A model generated the notes under the pieces. It worked only from the letters and a program-made list of their open reading frames with translations. It was not told where the DNA came from and did no database searches. A stretch of 64,000 nucleotides of DNA, from contig NC_087447.1 in NCBI RefSeq assembly GCF_036321535.1, forward strand, positions 36,334,001 through 36,398,000. Direction: 5' to 3'. This document shows, piece after piece, positions 25,706 through 36,760 of this stretch (the stretch's first letter is position 1; the number at the start of each line of letters is the position of its first letter). This DNA is from Camelus dromedarius (Eukaryota). The translations under genes were made by a program, and so were the position numbers.

Positions 25706-26212
25706 GAGGGTCCAGGCAGGCGGGGCTGGGACAGGGAGCAGAGCTTCCCCGAGTCCCCCAGACACAAGCACATCACACCCTCGAGACAATGGGCCGTCGG
25801 CCTGGATGGTTCAGAGAACACCCCGTGGGCTGTGTGTCCGCAACCTGGGACACATGTATGACTTGGTCAGAGTGCTCGAAACTAGAGCAGGAGTGAGGAT
25901 GTCATGGCAGGAGCCTGGGAGCCGGAGAAAATGTCCAAAGTCAGTTCTCCAGTGGAGCTTGAGGGAGGACTCTGTAGGCACCAGAGTCTCGGCGAAGCAG
26001 GGACTTGAGAGTGCAGGGCTGGCAGGTGGAAGAGGAAGATGGTGCTATGATCTGAGGAGGAGGAGCGTAAACCAGCCAGCCTCCCAAACCTCCGAGCAGG
26101 TGCCCTGTGGGTCAGCTGAGCACAGGGTCGTGCCCCACACCTCTGAGGCCTGGGGGTCTCCCACAGTTGTGGTGCTGGCCCCCTGGTGCCCCAGGAGAAC
26201 CAGGGTGTCCAC

Positions 26213-26227
26213 GCTGCCCCCTGGTGG
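26213..26227 (-). promoter_or_regulatory. Candidate CTCF-binding site
   Basis: Reverse complement CCACCAGGGGGCAGC fits the CTCF core; a weaker copy lies at 26174-26189. Confidence 0.55.
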
Positions 26228-27103
26228 TGCTTCCAGTCACTGCACCCTGCCCACTGTCACCTTAGGTCCCTTTTGGAAACATTCCATTTGACTTTTCCCT
26301 GTTGTTTGACATCAAGTGTTTCCCTAGACTGCTAGCCTGACTGTTCTTTCCCTAATTCATTGCACAAGCTCTTTTGCTTTTAGTGTTACCGCTCATTGCC
26401 TCTAACCCTGCCTGATTGTGTTTACAGAAGCTTCTAATTTGCATCAAGCATTCTCTAACTGGCCTGTGCTCTTGTTACCAGGCTTATAATAGCAGCTCTT
26501 TTCTCCATAGCCTAGCGAGCACTCCCATGTGTGACTCACCTTTCTGCTGCCCTTTTTATGTAGGCCTACTGACTCATAATTCACGATCCCAAAGGCCGCC
26601 CCTCAAGGCTAAGCCAGCCCCACTACCTGAGGGCCGTGGTCATCGGCAGAGGTCTGTGCATGATGCATTTATCAAAGTCCATGCCTTACACCTAGATAGT
26701 AGATGTGGACTTCAGAGATTGCATGTTTGAATAAGTTCTTCCAGGTCTGAGGTGGTTCGGTTTTAATTCCTCCAGTCCCATCAGCACAATTTCTTATGGA
26801 AAACTTTTTGTATTTCTAGTATTTAATAACATGAACAGATAGAAGAGACATTATGTTCTGTCTTAGGGGGCCCCTTGCAGCTGGTTAGCTCAGACACCAA
26901 AGGGGTAAGACCCAGGACACGTAACCTGAAAAGCCGCAAAGCCAGTAACTTTTAAACTTTTTAAGTAAATGTCATGTGGGGTAACACTGACTTTTTACAA
27001 CCTGATGTTTCAAATGTAGAAAGATGATCTAAAAATCGTAACTTGAATACCTTGTAATTTTTCTCTTGAAAAGAAGACTTGTGTAAGTCTCTGCCTCAGC
27101 GCC

Positions 27104-27109
27104 AATAAA
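27104..27109 (+). terminator. PLEKHA7: Poly(A) signal of the short (-GSVC) PLEKHA7 isoform, intronic to the long isoforms
   Basis: AATAAA with TGTA elements upstream and GT/T-rich sequence downstream, ~1.4 kb after the stop. Confidence 0.7.
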
Positions 27110-28459
27110 CGTGTTGCTTAATGATAATGGATTGGCGTGGTTCTTCCCCAGGAAACATTGTAAAATCTAGTGAACTTTTTCTGTTTGTGGAAACAATCAG
27201 GCTGGGTTTATGTGAGGACTTGTCTCTATTTGGGGCACCAGTGAGCGTGTAAGAAAATGTGCGTTTTCTTTGTGAATCATTAAATTAATTTTTGACCCCT
27301 GAATTTTCAGCTGCCTAATCCTTTCATACCATAATTGGAAACTATCACCTAAGAGAAATTACACTGATTTAGAGTCATCACTGAGAGCTTGTGCATGAAT
27401 GGGTGAAATGTGCTGATAATGGGTATGGGACTGGGGGGTGGTGGGGGGCTAGGTAGGGCATTAAAGACCGTTGTGACCACTCAGGGCTCTGAGGTGGATG
27501 GAGTGGGAGGGAGGAGGTGACTTGGGATGTAGAAACATCTGCTTGGCTTTTGCTCAAGAGAAAAGAGGCTTTAAGCCCATTCCTTCCTCTCAACAACCCG
27601 CTCAGCTTTGAGGCCACAGGTGATCAGGAAGAGCTGAACTGTTGTGCTGGGATCTTAAAGTGACTAGGTTACTGTTTCCCTCTGTGCAGCCTGCTTGTTA
27701 CAGAGTTGGTACTGAGAAAGAGCCTTGGAAATGTTGTATTTGATTTAGCATTTTAATTTTACATGGTTTTGTTTTTTCTAACATAAAACATCTGCCCCAA
27801 ATAGATACGTGTTATGCAGCGGTTTATCTGCCTCACTGAGCCCAAGCTGCTCCCATTTGGACCTCCCCAACGCCACTGTGGGTGCAGTATTCCCCACCCT
27901 TAACTTTGTCCTGTTGAGAATACCTACTGGAAAGGCTCTTGGCTACTTCACTTGCTTACCAGGGCCTCAAAGGGCATGTTTTCCCCATTATTTCTGAGCT
28001 GGGACATATGGCTCCTGAACCAGAAAGTCTTCCATGAGCTGTCAGGCAGCAGAAGCAGCAAATCCCTTCTCTGGAGCTCTGTCCCAGGTTCTGTTTTGGG
28101 GTCACCTTTTTGGACCTGGGAGCCTCCTATGTCCCCGAGGACCATTGTGAGTCTAAAGTCTGTGCCCTGGAGGTTTGTACACTCTGGGACCCAGATCAGA
28201 GAGAAATCAGCAGTCTAGAATCAGGCCGCATCAGAGAGGCAGAGCCTTGGTCTCTGTTTCACAGTTTCAGCACACAGCAGAGACCATACATATCACAAAA
28301 CTGCTGCCTTATTTCAGAGATGAGGTTGAGGTCCTTGGTCACATAGCTTTTCCCTAATGAGTCACAGGCCCATCTTCCCAAGAACCCCAGTTGCCTGCAA
28401 GACCCACCCAAAAGGGAGTCGGGAAGTGACTACATTTCATCCTCTCATTCTGTTGCCAG

Positions 28460-28618
28460 TGGAAGCGCGAGCAGGACTTTGACCTGCAGCTGCTGGAACG
28501 GGCCGTACAAGGGGAAAGAAAGGACCAAGAGGAGAATGGCTGGCTGAAGGTGCAGGCCATGCCTGTCACTGAGTTGGACCTGGAACCACAAGACTATGAC
28601 TTGGACATCAGCAGAGAG
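28460..28618 (+). CDS. PLEKHA7: PLEKHA7 long-isoform exon (WKREQDFDLQ...DLDISRE)
   Basis: CAG/GTGAGG boundaries; 159 nt, phase 0/0. Confidence 0.92.
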
Positions 28619-30766
28619 GTGAGGGCAGGGGCTTCCTTCATGCCCCACCAGGAGGCATGGCCTTCAGACTCCCAGCCTGACCAACCCTCCCAGTGGCCCT
28701 GGGAGGGTGTCGTTCTGAATGGGGACAGGCTCAGCCTCAGTGAGGCCCAAGAGGATGCGTGAACAGCAGCTTGAGCCAGTAAGAGGAGCTGAGGCATTTT
28801 GATGCAGGTCCAGATCTGTCTCTCTCTATAATTTAGGGCAAGTCATTTAACTTTTCAGTGCTTTGGTTTCCGCAGCAGTGAAGTGGGTTGTGGTGAGGGC
28901 TAGGTGACCCAGCACACTACCGGAGCGATTAGCAAGGATCAGAAAGCCGTGAGCACGTGGCCTGGCACATAATAGACATGTGATAAGGTAGTTGTTAGGA
29001 TATGTACCCTGCAAAACCAGAGGTTGGTTTTGCATCCAGCCGGTCAGGCCAACTTGAGCAATCGGACTTAGAGAGAAGAGTGGGTGGGGAGACAGGTTTG
29101 GAAATCACAGACAAAATTTCCAGCCAAGATAGCGGCGGGCAGCTCTGCATAGTTCTGGTCTGAATTCTTTCGCCCTCTGGTGGCTAAAGTGTATCATTAC
29201 CAGGCAGGCCCCGGAAAGCAAGTAACCCCAATCAAGAATGTATCTTATCCACGAGAAGAGAAGAGAAGAGGGGTCAGAGGGTGACATAGACTCAAGGTCT
29301 TCAAGACATGTGGTGGTCTCCGGTGGCCTGTGTAAGCTCTGTAGAGCAGTGTCTGTAGCTGTTTTGTTCACCTTTATGCACCCAGCACTAGACCTGGCAC
29401 ATAGTAGATGCTCTGTAAATGTTCGCTGAATGACGATTCTACTGAAGTGCACAGTGGCGGATAGATTTCCCAGACACATTTGGCCTGGCCTGAAACTGCA
29501 TGAGAGGAAATGCTGTCACCACATGAAGGACAGATCCAGGTTTGGACGCACTGATGCCTGTGGAGTTGCTGAGTTCTCGGCTCAGCTGAAACTTCAGGGA
29601 TTGACGAGGCCAGTCCCCTGCCTTCAGACCTTTTCCCTTTGGCACCTCTAAAACAGCCAAAGGTTTGTGCTTTCTCAGATTCACAAAAGAAACTTTTGCA
29701 CGCTGCCTTGGCAATGAAAGTGTGTTTTGTGGTGTCCTAATTGGCCTGCCAGCCAGGGGAAAAAGTCCTTCCTTATCTCTAACCTAAATCCCTCCTGCTA
29801 CAATGTAATCTTCTTCCTTCCTCTGGATCTGCTCTCATTGGAAATAACAGAGAAGAGCTTATTTCTTGCCATCTTTCGCCATGGTTTAAATTCAAGTCCA
29901 GATTTGTTCTGGGATTGAATTTAGCTTGTTTTTAGAAGCTTCAACAAACCCTGTTTTAATGTGCTGTTGTAGTTCAAGGAGGAAAAAAATTCCTTTTGGT
30001 GTGCAAAAGTTCCCTTTAGGATTCTTGGCCCCAGCAGCGTTTCACCAAGCTGAGGTTGCTGTTTGGTTTGTGTGAGAGACTGATGGGGAGGAGTTGGGCC
30101 ATTTTTCTCTTTAAAGCAGCAAGTACAGCATGGCTGCCTCCTGTCTGGGTCAGAGGGGCTTTTGTAGGGACCGAACACACTGTTGCTCTCTTTCATCCCC
30201 CACCCATCCACCAACCCACCCATCCAAGGAGTGTTTGCTGAAGGGCTACCAAGTACCAGGTCTCTGTGTTAGACAGTGGAGAGACAAATGGAAAACAGAG
30301 GGAGTGGAGGGGTGGGACACGGGGGAGGGGCAGGGAAGGGCTCTGGAGGTGAGATCAGAAGGGTGAGAAGGAGTTCATGAAGCACAGGGAGCAGCATCCC
30401 CGGCAGAGGGGATGGAGGTGGGTCCGTGAAGTGGAGAGGTCGGCAGAGGTCAGGTCACGTCAAGGGTGGCATTAAGGGTGATCATTTTTATCCTCAGAGC
30501 TTCTGGTCTAGTTATTTTTGCCTTCCCTCTTCTCTTCCCTTGGCCTGGAGGAGGTTGCCTGATATGGTGGAAAGAACATGGGCTTTGGAGTCAGACTCAG
30601 GTTCAGATCCCGACTCCACATGGACTGCTGCTGTGATCTTAGCACGTGACTTCAGTCTGTGGGCTCCATGCGCTTCCTCTGGTGGGAGACAGGGCCGGGG
30701 AGCAGCTAGCTCTCAAACCTAAACATCTGTACCCCCTACCCCCACCACCTCCTGGTACTTTCTCAG

Positions 30767-30900
30767 CTCTCCAAACCAGAGAAGGTCTCCATCCCTGAGC
30801 GTTATGTGGAGCTGGATCCTGAAGAGCCACCCAGCCTGGAGGAGCTGCAGGCACGGTACCGCAAAGCTGAGAAGATCCGCAACATCCTCGCCCGGTCCAG
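30767..30900 (+). CDS. PLEKHA7: PLEKHA7 long-isoform exon (LSKPEKVSIPERYVELDPEE...RNILARS)
   Basis: CAG/GTCAGC boundaries; 134 nt, phase 0/2; IPERY motif typical of the PLEKHA5/6/7 family. Confidence 0.92.
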
Positions 30901-31667
30901 GTCAGCCCGCGCGCTGCCCGAGTCCTGACAGCCCACTGGGCCGACTGGGGGTGTCTCCACTGAATTGGCCCTGGGCCGGGCTGACCAGGATGTGTGTTGT
31001 GCCAGGCCTCCGTCTCAGACAAGCCTGCTCGCTGGAAGGGGCAGGCTGGCTCTCGGCACATCACCAACAGATCAGCAGGGAAGATTGCCCAGGTCACATG
31101 AGGGGTCCCGAAACACTCTGAGGGCCGTCCTGGGCCCTTGGCCCCAAATCCTGTGGCCCTCGTGAGCGTGGGGAGTGGAGCTAGGAATGGCAGTGAGGTG
31201 GACATAGTTGGAGATTGGCCCCGCGGATGGCACTCTCAGTGTTAGGGCCTGTGTTTCCTCACAGACCAGAGCTAGGGGCCCAGCCTTGTCCTGAGGTGCC
31301 AGAGGCCTCGCCCACTTTCCTGGAGGCCAGGATGGAATTTCCTTCCCCTCATCCTCTGTAGCCTTGGAAACTAAACCTGGTACCTGAGGGCCTTCCTTTC
31401 AGAGCGAGGTTAGCCTTTCCACGTCTGGATTTAATAGGAGCCTAGAGCTAGAACTCTTATCTTGAGGTCTGTGATCCGCCAAAGGAAGAACAAAGCTGTG
31501 CCTGGGTGTTTGCAGAGAAGCGTGTGCACCTTCGTCTAGAGAAAGTGCACCGTTTTTCTCTGATGCTCCCAAAAGGGTGAGGTCCTCAGGCCGGGGAGAG
31601 CCTCCTCCCCTGAGGCAGGTGCCCCGGGGTGGCGAGGCCCTCAGCCTGCTCTCTGGCCCTCCCGCAG

Positions 31668-31810
31668 CATGTGCAACCTGCAGCCGCCCTCTGGGCAGGA
31701 CTGGAGCAGCGTGGCCGACGTGGACACGCAGCTGCAGGAGCAGGAGCGCATCATCACCATCTCCTACGCCCTGGCCTCCGAGGCCTCCCAGCGCAGCAAG
31801 CAGGTGGCAG
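31668..31810 (+). CDS. PLEKHA7: PLEKHA7 long-isoform exon (MCNLQPPSGQ...EASQRSKQVA)
   Basis: CAG/GTGAGG boundaries; 143 nt, phase 2/1. Confidence 0.92.
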
Positions 31811-33294
31811 GTGAGGCCGCGGGCTCAGCTTCTGAGGTCGGGTCCCAACCGCTGCATTTTGGGGCTCAGGGCTCAGTGTGGTCTGTCAGGCAGTCAGTGG
31901 AAAACCGGGCATCAGGCTTGGCAGTTGAGGGCCAGTGGTGGGCTCCTCTGACCTGTGAGCGGCTCGGGGCTTGTGGGGGCACCTGCAGCTCAGGACTGTC
32001 AGAGGAAAGCGGGCCGGGAGGGGGCGTCTGTAGCTCACTCCTAAATCTAAGAGCGGTGCTATTCAGCGTTCTCTGAGATTTCGAGTAAGAACAGATTTTT
32101 TTAGGCTCCTGAGCTAAGGGGCCAAGGCCAAGGTTTCTGGCTTCACAAAGAAGAGGGCAGGAGAGCCGCTGGTGCTTGGACTTCTTCCTGGGACAAGGCA
32201 GAAGGGGGCCCCCTCTAACCTTCCTGGGGGCCCTGCTCTGGTCCCAAAATCAAAGCCGCTATTCACCTTATCAGAGTGGCCTGTGCCAAAAAGCAGGACT
32301 TGGGAAAGTGCGACTTTGCTCTCCAGTGGGAAGAAATAGCACCATGGGATGGGAGGGTGTGTGTGTGAATGTATGCATGCATGTGCGTGTGTGTAAAAAA
32401 GGCTTTCTCTCTCAGCCAGGAAAGAGGCTCCTGGCCCCTCTCTCCACCCACATCCGCCCTCCCCGTGTGCGCCCTCACACTTCACCCAGTGCTCTTTCTT
32501 CCCAAATGCCACTGTATGTCCAGGTGGTGCCCCTGCCCTTGGCCAGGTGTGAGAGGGGGTGGTCATAGAGCCTTAAGTGGTGTCACAGTCCCCACCAGTC
32601 CTCCAACCCTGGCCAGAGGGTCTAGCAGTGACCCAGGGTGGGGCCTGCTGGGTCCTGAGGTGACTGTCCTTGGGGAGCAGAGCTTTAACATCGCCTCAAG
32701 AAGCCATGGGAGTGACCGAGGACAAGGGTAACCCTGTTCTCTGTCCCTAAGCTCTGATCCCATACGGAGTCCCTGAAATCTCTGCTGTCCTGACTCCCTG
32801 GAGGACATGTGAATGGGCTGAGAGGGGTCACTGTAGAGGAGACAGCAGGTGGCTCCCTGTGGCCCATCTCGGCAAAGTTGAATTCCTTCCTGTGTCAAGG
32901 GGTCCAGCAGGGGCCCCCTCCCCACCGTGAAGTGCCCTCCTCTCTGGCCTGTGCTTGCTCTGGCTGTGTGGATCTGCTGTCCTCGGCTTCCTCACCACCA
33001 GCAGGCAAGCACACCTCAGACCTGACATTCTAACCCCCGGTAGTCATGTCCCCACTGAATGGCCACCTTTGCTGCAGTCTTTCCTCGCTCTTGCTCCCTC
33101 TCTTCACCTCAGAGACATTTCTGGGAACTGCAGGCTAATCCCAGTCAGGCCCCATGGATGTGCCCCCTAAGCCCAAGCCGTTAGTGGTGAACAATGGGAC
33201 CCACGCCACCCCGGCCCTGCTAAGCGGGGCTTCTGGTGCTGCGGGAGCAGACGAGGGGCCTAACGCACCGCTTAATTCCTGTGTGCCCGTCTAG

Positions 33295-33395
33295 CGCAGC
33301 AGCTGGCCCTCCTCCCGCCTAAAGCCCCCCTGTCCGCCAGGACGGTGCCACCCTACCCCCCCTTAAGCAACGGACTCCACTACACCTTTGTCTAA
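33295..33395 (+). CDS. PLEKHA7: PLEKHA7 C-terminal coding exon (AQQLALLPPK...NGLHYTFV*); exon probably ends at 33405
   Basis: TAG acceptor in phase 1; TAA at 33393-33395; CAA|GTAAGA donor at 33406. Confidence 0.85.
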
Positions 33396-35365
33396 CACCT
33401 TCCAAGTAAGAGCCCCCGCCTGGCGTGGCCCCTCGCCTAGTGCTGAGCATGCCCCCTTCCCTCTGCTGCTGGGATGCGTGCAGTGCCACCTGCCGACGCT
33501 CCCTCCCACGGGCAAAGCGGCCGCTGGGGGGACCACCCAAGATTGGGAGGCAGGTCGGGGGCTGATGGTTTTTAGGAACTTAGTGCTCAGTGGCTCCGAT
33601 ATGATAGAGACCGTGTGACCCAAAAGTCCTGGTTCCCTAAAATCTCAGGAGCCAGAGCTGTACCCCTTCTCACCCTGCTATCCTTCCCGCAGGCGGCCCA
33701 GTGCCCCAGGGGACCAGTGCAGGCCAGACTGCCAGCTTTGGGGAGGGGGGGCAGTAGTTGGAAAGGAAGAGTTAGATCTCAGCCTCTCCCTGTCCAGGTT
33801 TTGGCCAAAGAAATTGGAGAAACGGAGGCCTAGAAAAATCAGTTTTGCGGATGAGGAAATGGGGCCAGTGAGGGATGGGGGCTCACTCCAGGTCCCATGG
33901 AATGAGTGTCAGAGCAAGGACTAGGACTGCCCTTTTGTCACTTGAGCTACTTGAGCTTCTCAGGAGGGAGAGGAAGGGAAGCTTCAGGGGAATCTGCCTG
34001 GGGCAGTGGCCTTAGCCATGCAGAATGTTCCAGAACCACCCCTTCTGAGTTCGCCCCACGTGAGCATTTAGTGAGGAGAGGAGGCAGCATGAGATTAAGG
34101 AGGGAGCACTGGACCAGGAGTCAGGAGGCTGGCGTCTGGTTCTGGCTTGTGGCGAGTTGTCGGCTGTTGCTTCTGAGCCCAGTTGCCTGACCTGGACGGG
34201 AGGGCGGATCAGGGGTTTCAGCAGCTCTTTCCCTGATGTCCCGTCTCGTTCAATAGTGTAGGGCTTGCCTTTTCTTTCCTCTCTGAGTTCTTAATGGTTA
34301 ATGTTGTTGAGCACCTTCTATGTGACATGCCAGGCATGGTGCTGAGCATCTCCTCTGACAACATCCCTAGGGAGATACTCACCCTGTTTTACAAATGAAG
34401 AAACGCAGCTCAGAGACCATGAGGGACTTGCCCAGGGAGGCACGGCTGTGAGCGTCAGAGGCAGGGCTGGAACCACTGTGTAGGTTCAGAGCCTTTGTTC
34501 TGTCACCACTGGTGGGCTCATCTGGGCCACCCCCAGGAACTCGAGGTGTTGGAGAAGGGAGTGAAGTGAGGGATGGGGCTGTGTGTTTAGGGCGGAGGCA
34601 TGACCTTGGGCAGGTGCTTCCCCCACTCCTTCCTCCCCGGGCGCTCCGTCAGCCTGAGGGTGGCAGGAGGAGGCTGGCCTGTTGGGCCAGGCTCTCAGGA
34701 CGTGTGCCATGGGGACCCCAGGACTGAAGAACCCCAGGGAAATGCTTCAGCCAGGTCCTTTGTAGAGGCCACAGAGTCCTCTGGGGCCACGAGAGGGTGT
34801 GTGAGATCTGACGTGGTGATGCCACCCCAGGCCACAGAGAGGCAGGCGAGAGGCCCTGTCCTTCCCGGCCTCTGTTGCCTCCGCAGCTGTGAGGGAGGCT
34901 ACTGTCTTTTTAGAGCACATCCACATTTCCTTTTACCCTCCCAGCCTCCTCATTAGAAGATGGGTATGATCACTGTTTTTAGATTTAAAAAAACTGAGAT
35001 CTGCAGAGGCTGAGTTACCCACAGTTGCTCAGCTAATGAAGGGCAGGGTCAGAACTGGACCCCCGAGTCCTCTCTGCTCAGGCCTTTTGTCCTTTCGGAG
35101 CAGGGACCCAATCTAGGGCCAGCATGTGTCTGGTGAGCTTCCTAGAAGTGGTGGGGTTGGAGGGTGGGTTGGGGCACCCATGAGTCCTAGAAGCCGAGGG
35201 TCCCCCAGCGGCGGCCGCGTTGCCCCAGCCCTCTGCTCTGCTGCTCTCTGTCTTGTCAGCCTGCTGTTCCCCGTCACATGTGTGTGCAGACATGCCTACC
35301 GCCTGCTCCCCAGACGTGGCCTGGGGTCCTGGCAGCCTCTCATTGTCTCCTGTGCTTTTTGCCAG

Positions 35366-35388
35366 CCCAGGCAGTGACTGACCCGTGA
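35366..35388 (+). CDS. PLEKHA7: PLEKHA7 terminal exon coding part (AQAVTDP*), used when exon 33295 is skipped; 3' UTR runs to ~36780
   Basis: Strong TGTGCTTTTTGCCAG acceptor in phase 1; TGA at 35386-35388; AU-rich UTR-like sequence follows. Confidence 0.7.
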
Positions 35389-36711
35389 CCCAACATGCAG
35401 AGAAGTCTGGAGCCAGGGGCCAGTGGAACCAGTTTCCTCTGAGAAGATTGATCCTTCTTCCTCCAGAGAAGCCCCTTCCAGCTAAGCAGGGGTTCCGGCT
35501 GGAGGATGGAGCAGCCCACTGACTGTGGGGCATTCACCACAGGGCTAGGTCCTAATACCCCCGCTTGTTTTAGTTCAGACTCCTTTTTACATGTGACAGA
35601 GGCACTTTTGATACACATTGTAAAATACTGACATTGTATTTTAGAATCAGAATATATTTTATAATGTTCACCTCAAGGGCTGAGTGGCTGAGAAGGTGAG
35701 GATGCAAGATTTTGGAGCTGCACATACAGATTCAGGTACCGTCCGGGTGGTGGGTGTGGGTGGGGGGACAAGGGCGGGGGAACAGGTGCATTCAACGTCT
35801 GATGAACTCAGGTGAGGTTGGATTGGTTGCTTCCAGTGGATTCCAGTGTTAGGCTCGTTGGCGTGCTGTCTGGGGCAGAGATCAGCCATCCCTGACCTGC
35901 CTAATGACCAGCTCTGGAGGGTGAAACTCCACCAAGGTGGCACATGGAGCCCAAGGCTGTGTCTCAGCCTTGGGTCTGATTTAGGGCCAATGGTGTATCC
36001 ATAAACTTTGGTTCCCAACCTACCCATGAGGTTCTCTCTCAGCAAAGGGCTCTTCTCCCCCCGCCCCCCACCCCAAATAAGCAGTTCGCTTTAATTAAAA
36101 AAATATGCTTTGAAATACAGAAAAGGTAAGAGGAAGCACCTTTGATTGTATCATAAGCAATAATGGTCACCCTGGGTGGCCTACAACTCCCCAAGTCCAC
36201 ACTGGGCTGTGATAGGAACCCTGGGACCTTGGCGGCCTGCCCTGGAGAACACAGGTCAACTTCCTGAGGACTTGGGTCAGGTGGCAGGAGGGCAGGCGGC
36301 ATGCCCCCACCATCCCTGATGGCCAGCAGCCAGTAGGGCCATGATGGCAGGACCGTGACCTGACTTCCAGCCTAAAATGGGGAGGGGACTGCCAAGCCAG
36401 GCGTAGTGTTTGTGGCCCTTTATATAAGTCATGAGCTCATAATATTCTGCATACAGAAAAGGAGGTTGAAAAGGAAAACAAAAAACAAAAAACTCCATTG
36501 GGTGGAGCCACACTTTAAATGAAAATTTGTCTTTGACTATGGTCAGAAAAATAATCTTGAATATATTTAGAAGTTGCTGTCTATTTTTAACTAACTCCAT
36601 ATGCTGCCAGTATCGACTTCATGACATTTGCCAAAATAAGATTTTATTTTTGCCTTTATAAGATTTTGTTGGAAAAATGAAATGAATATTTTGCAAGAAA
36701 AAGTTAATTTA

Positions 36712-36760
36712 AATAAAAGTGTAATGGTTTGCAAAAAAGAAATGTGATGTACAGATTAAA
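36712..36760 (+). terminator. PLEKHA7: Distal PLEKHA7 poly(A) signals (AATAAA 36712-36717, ATTAAA 36755-36760)
   Basis: Hexamers in an AT-rich tract with T/GT-rich downstream elements. Confidence 0.7.
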
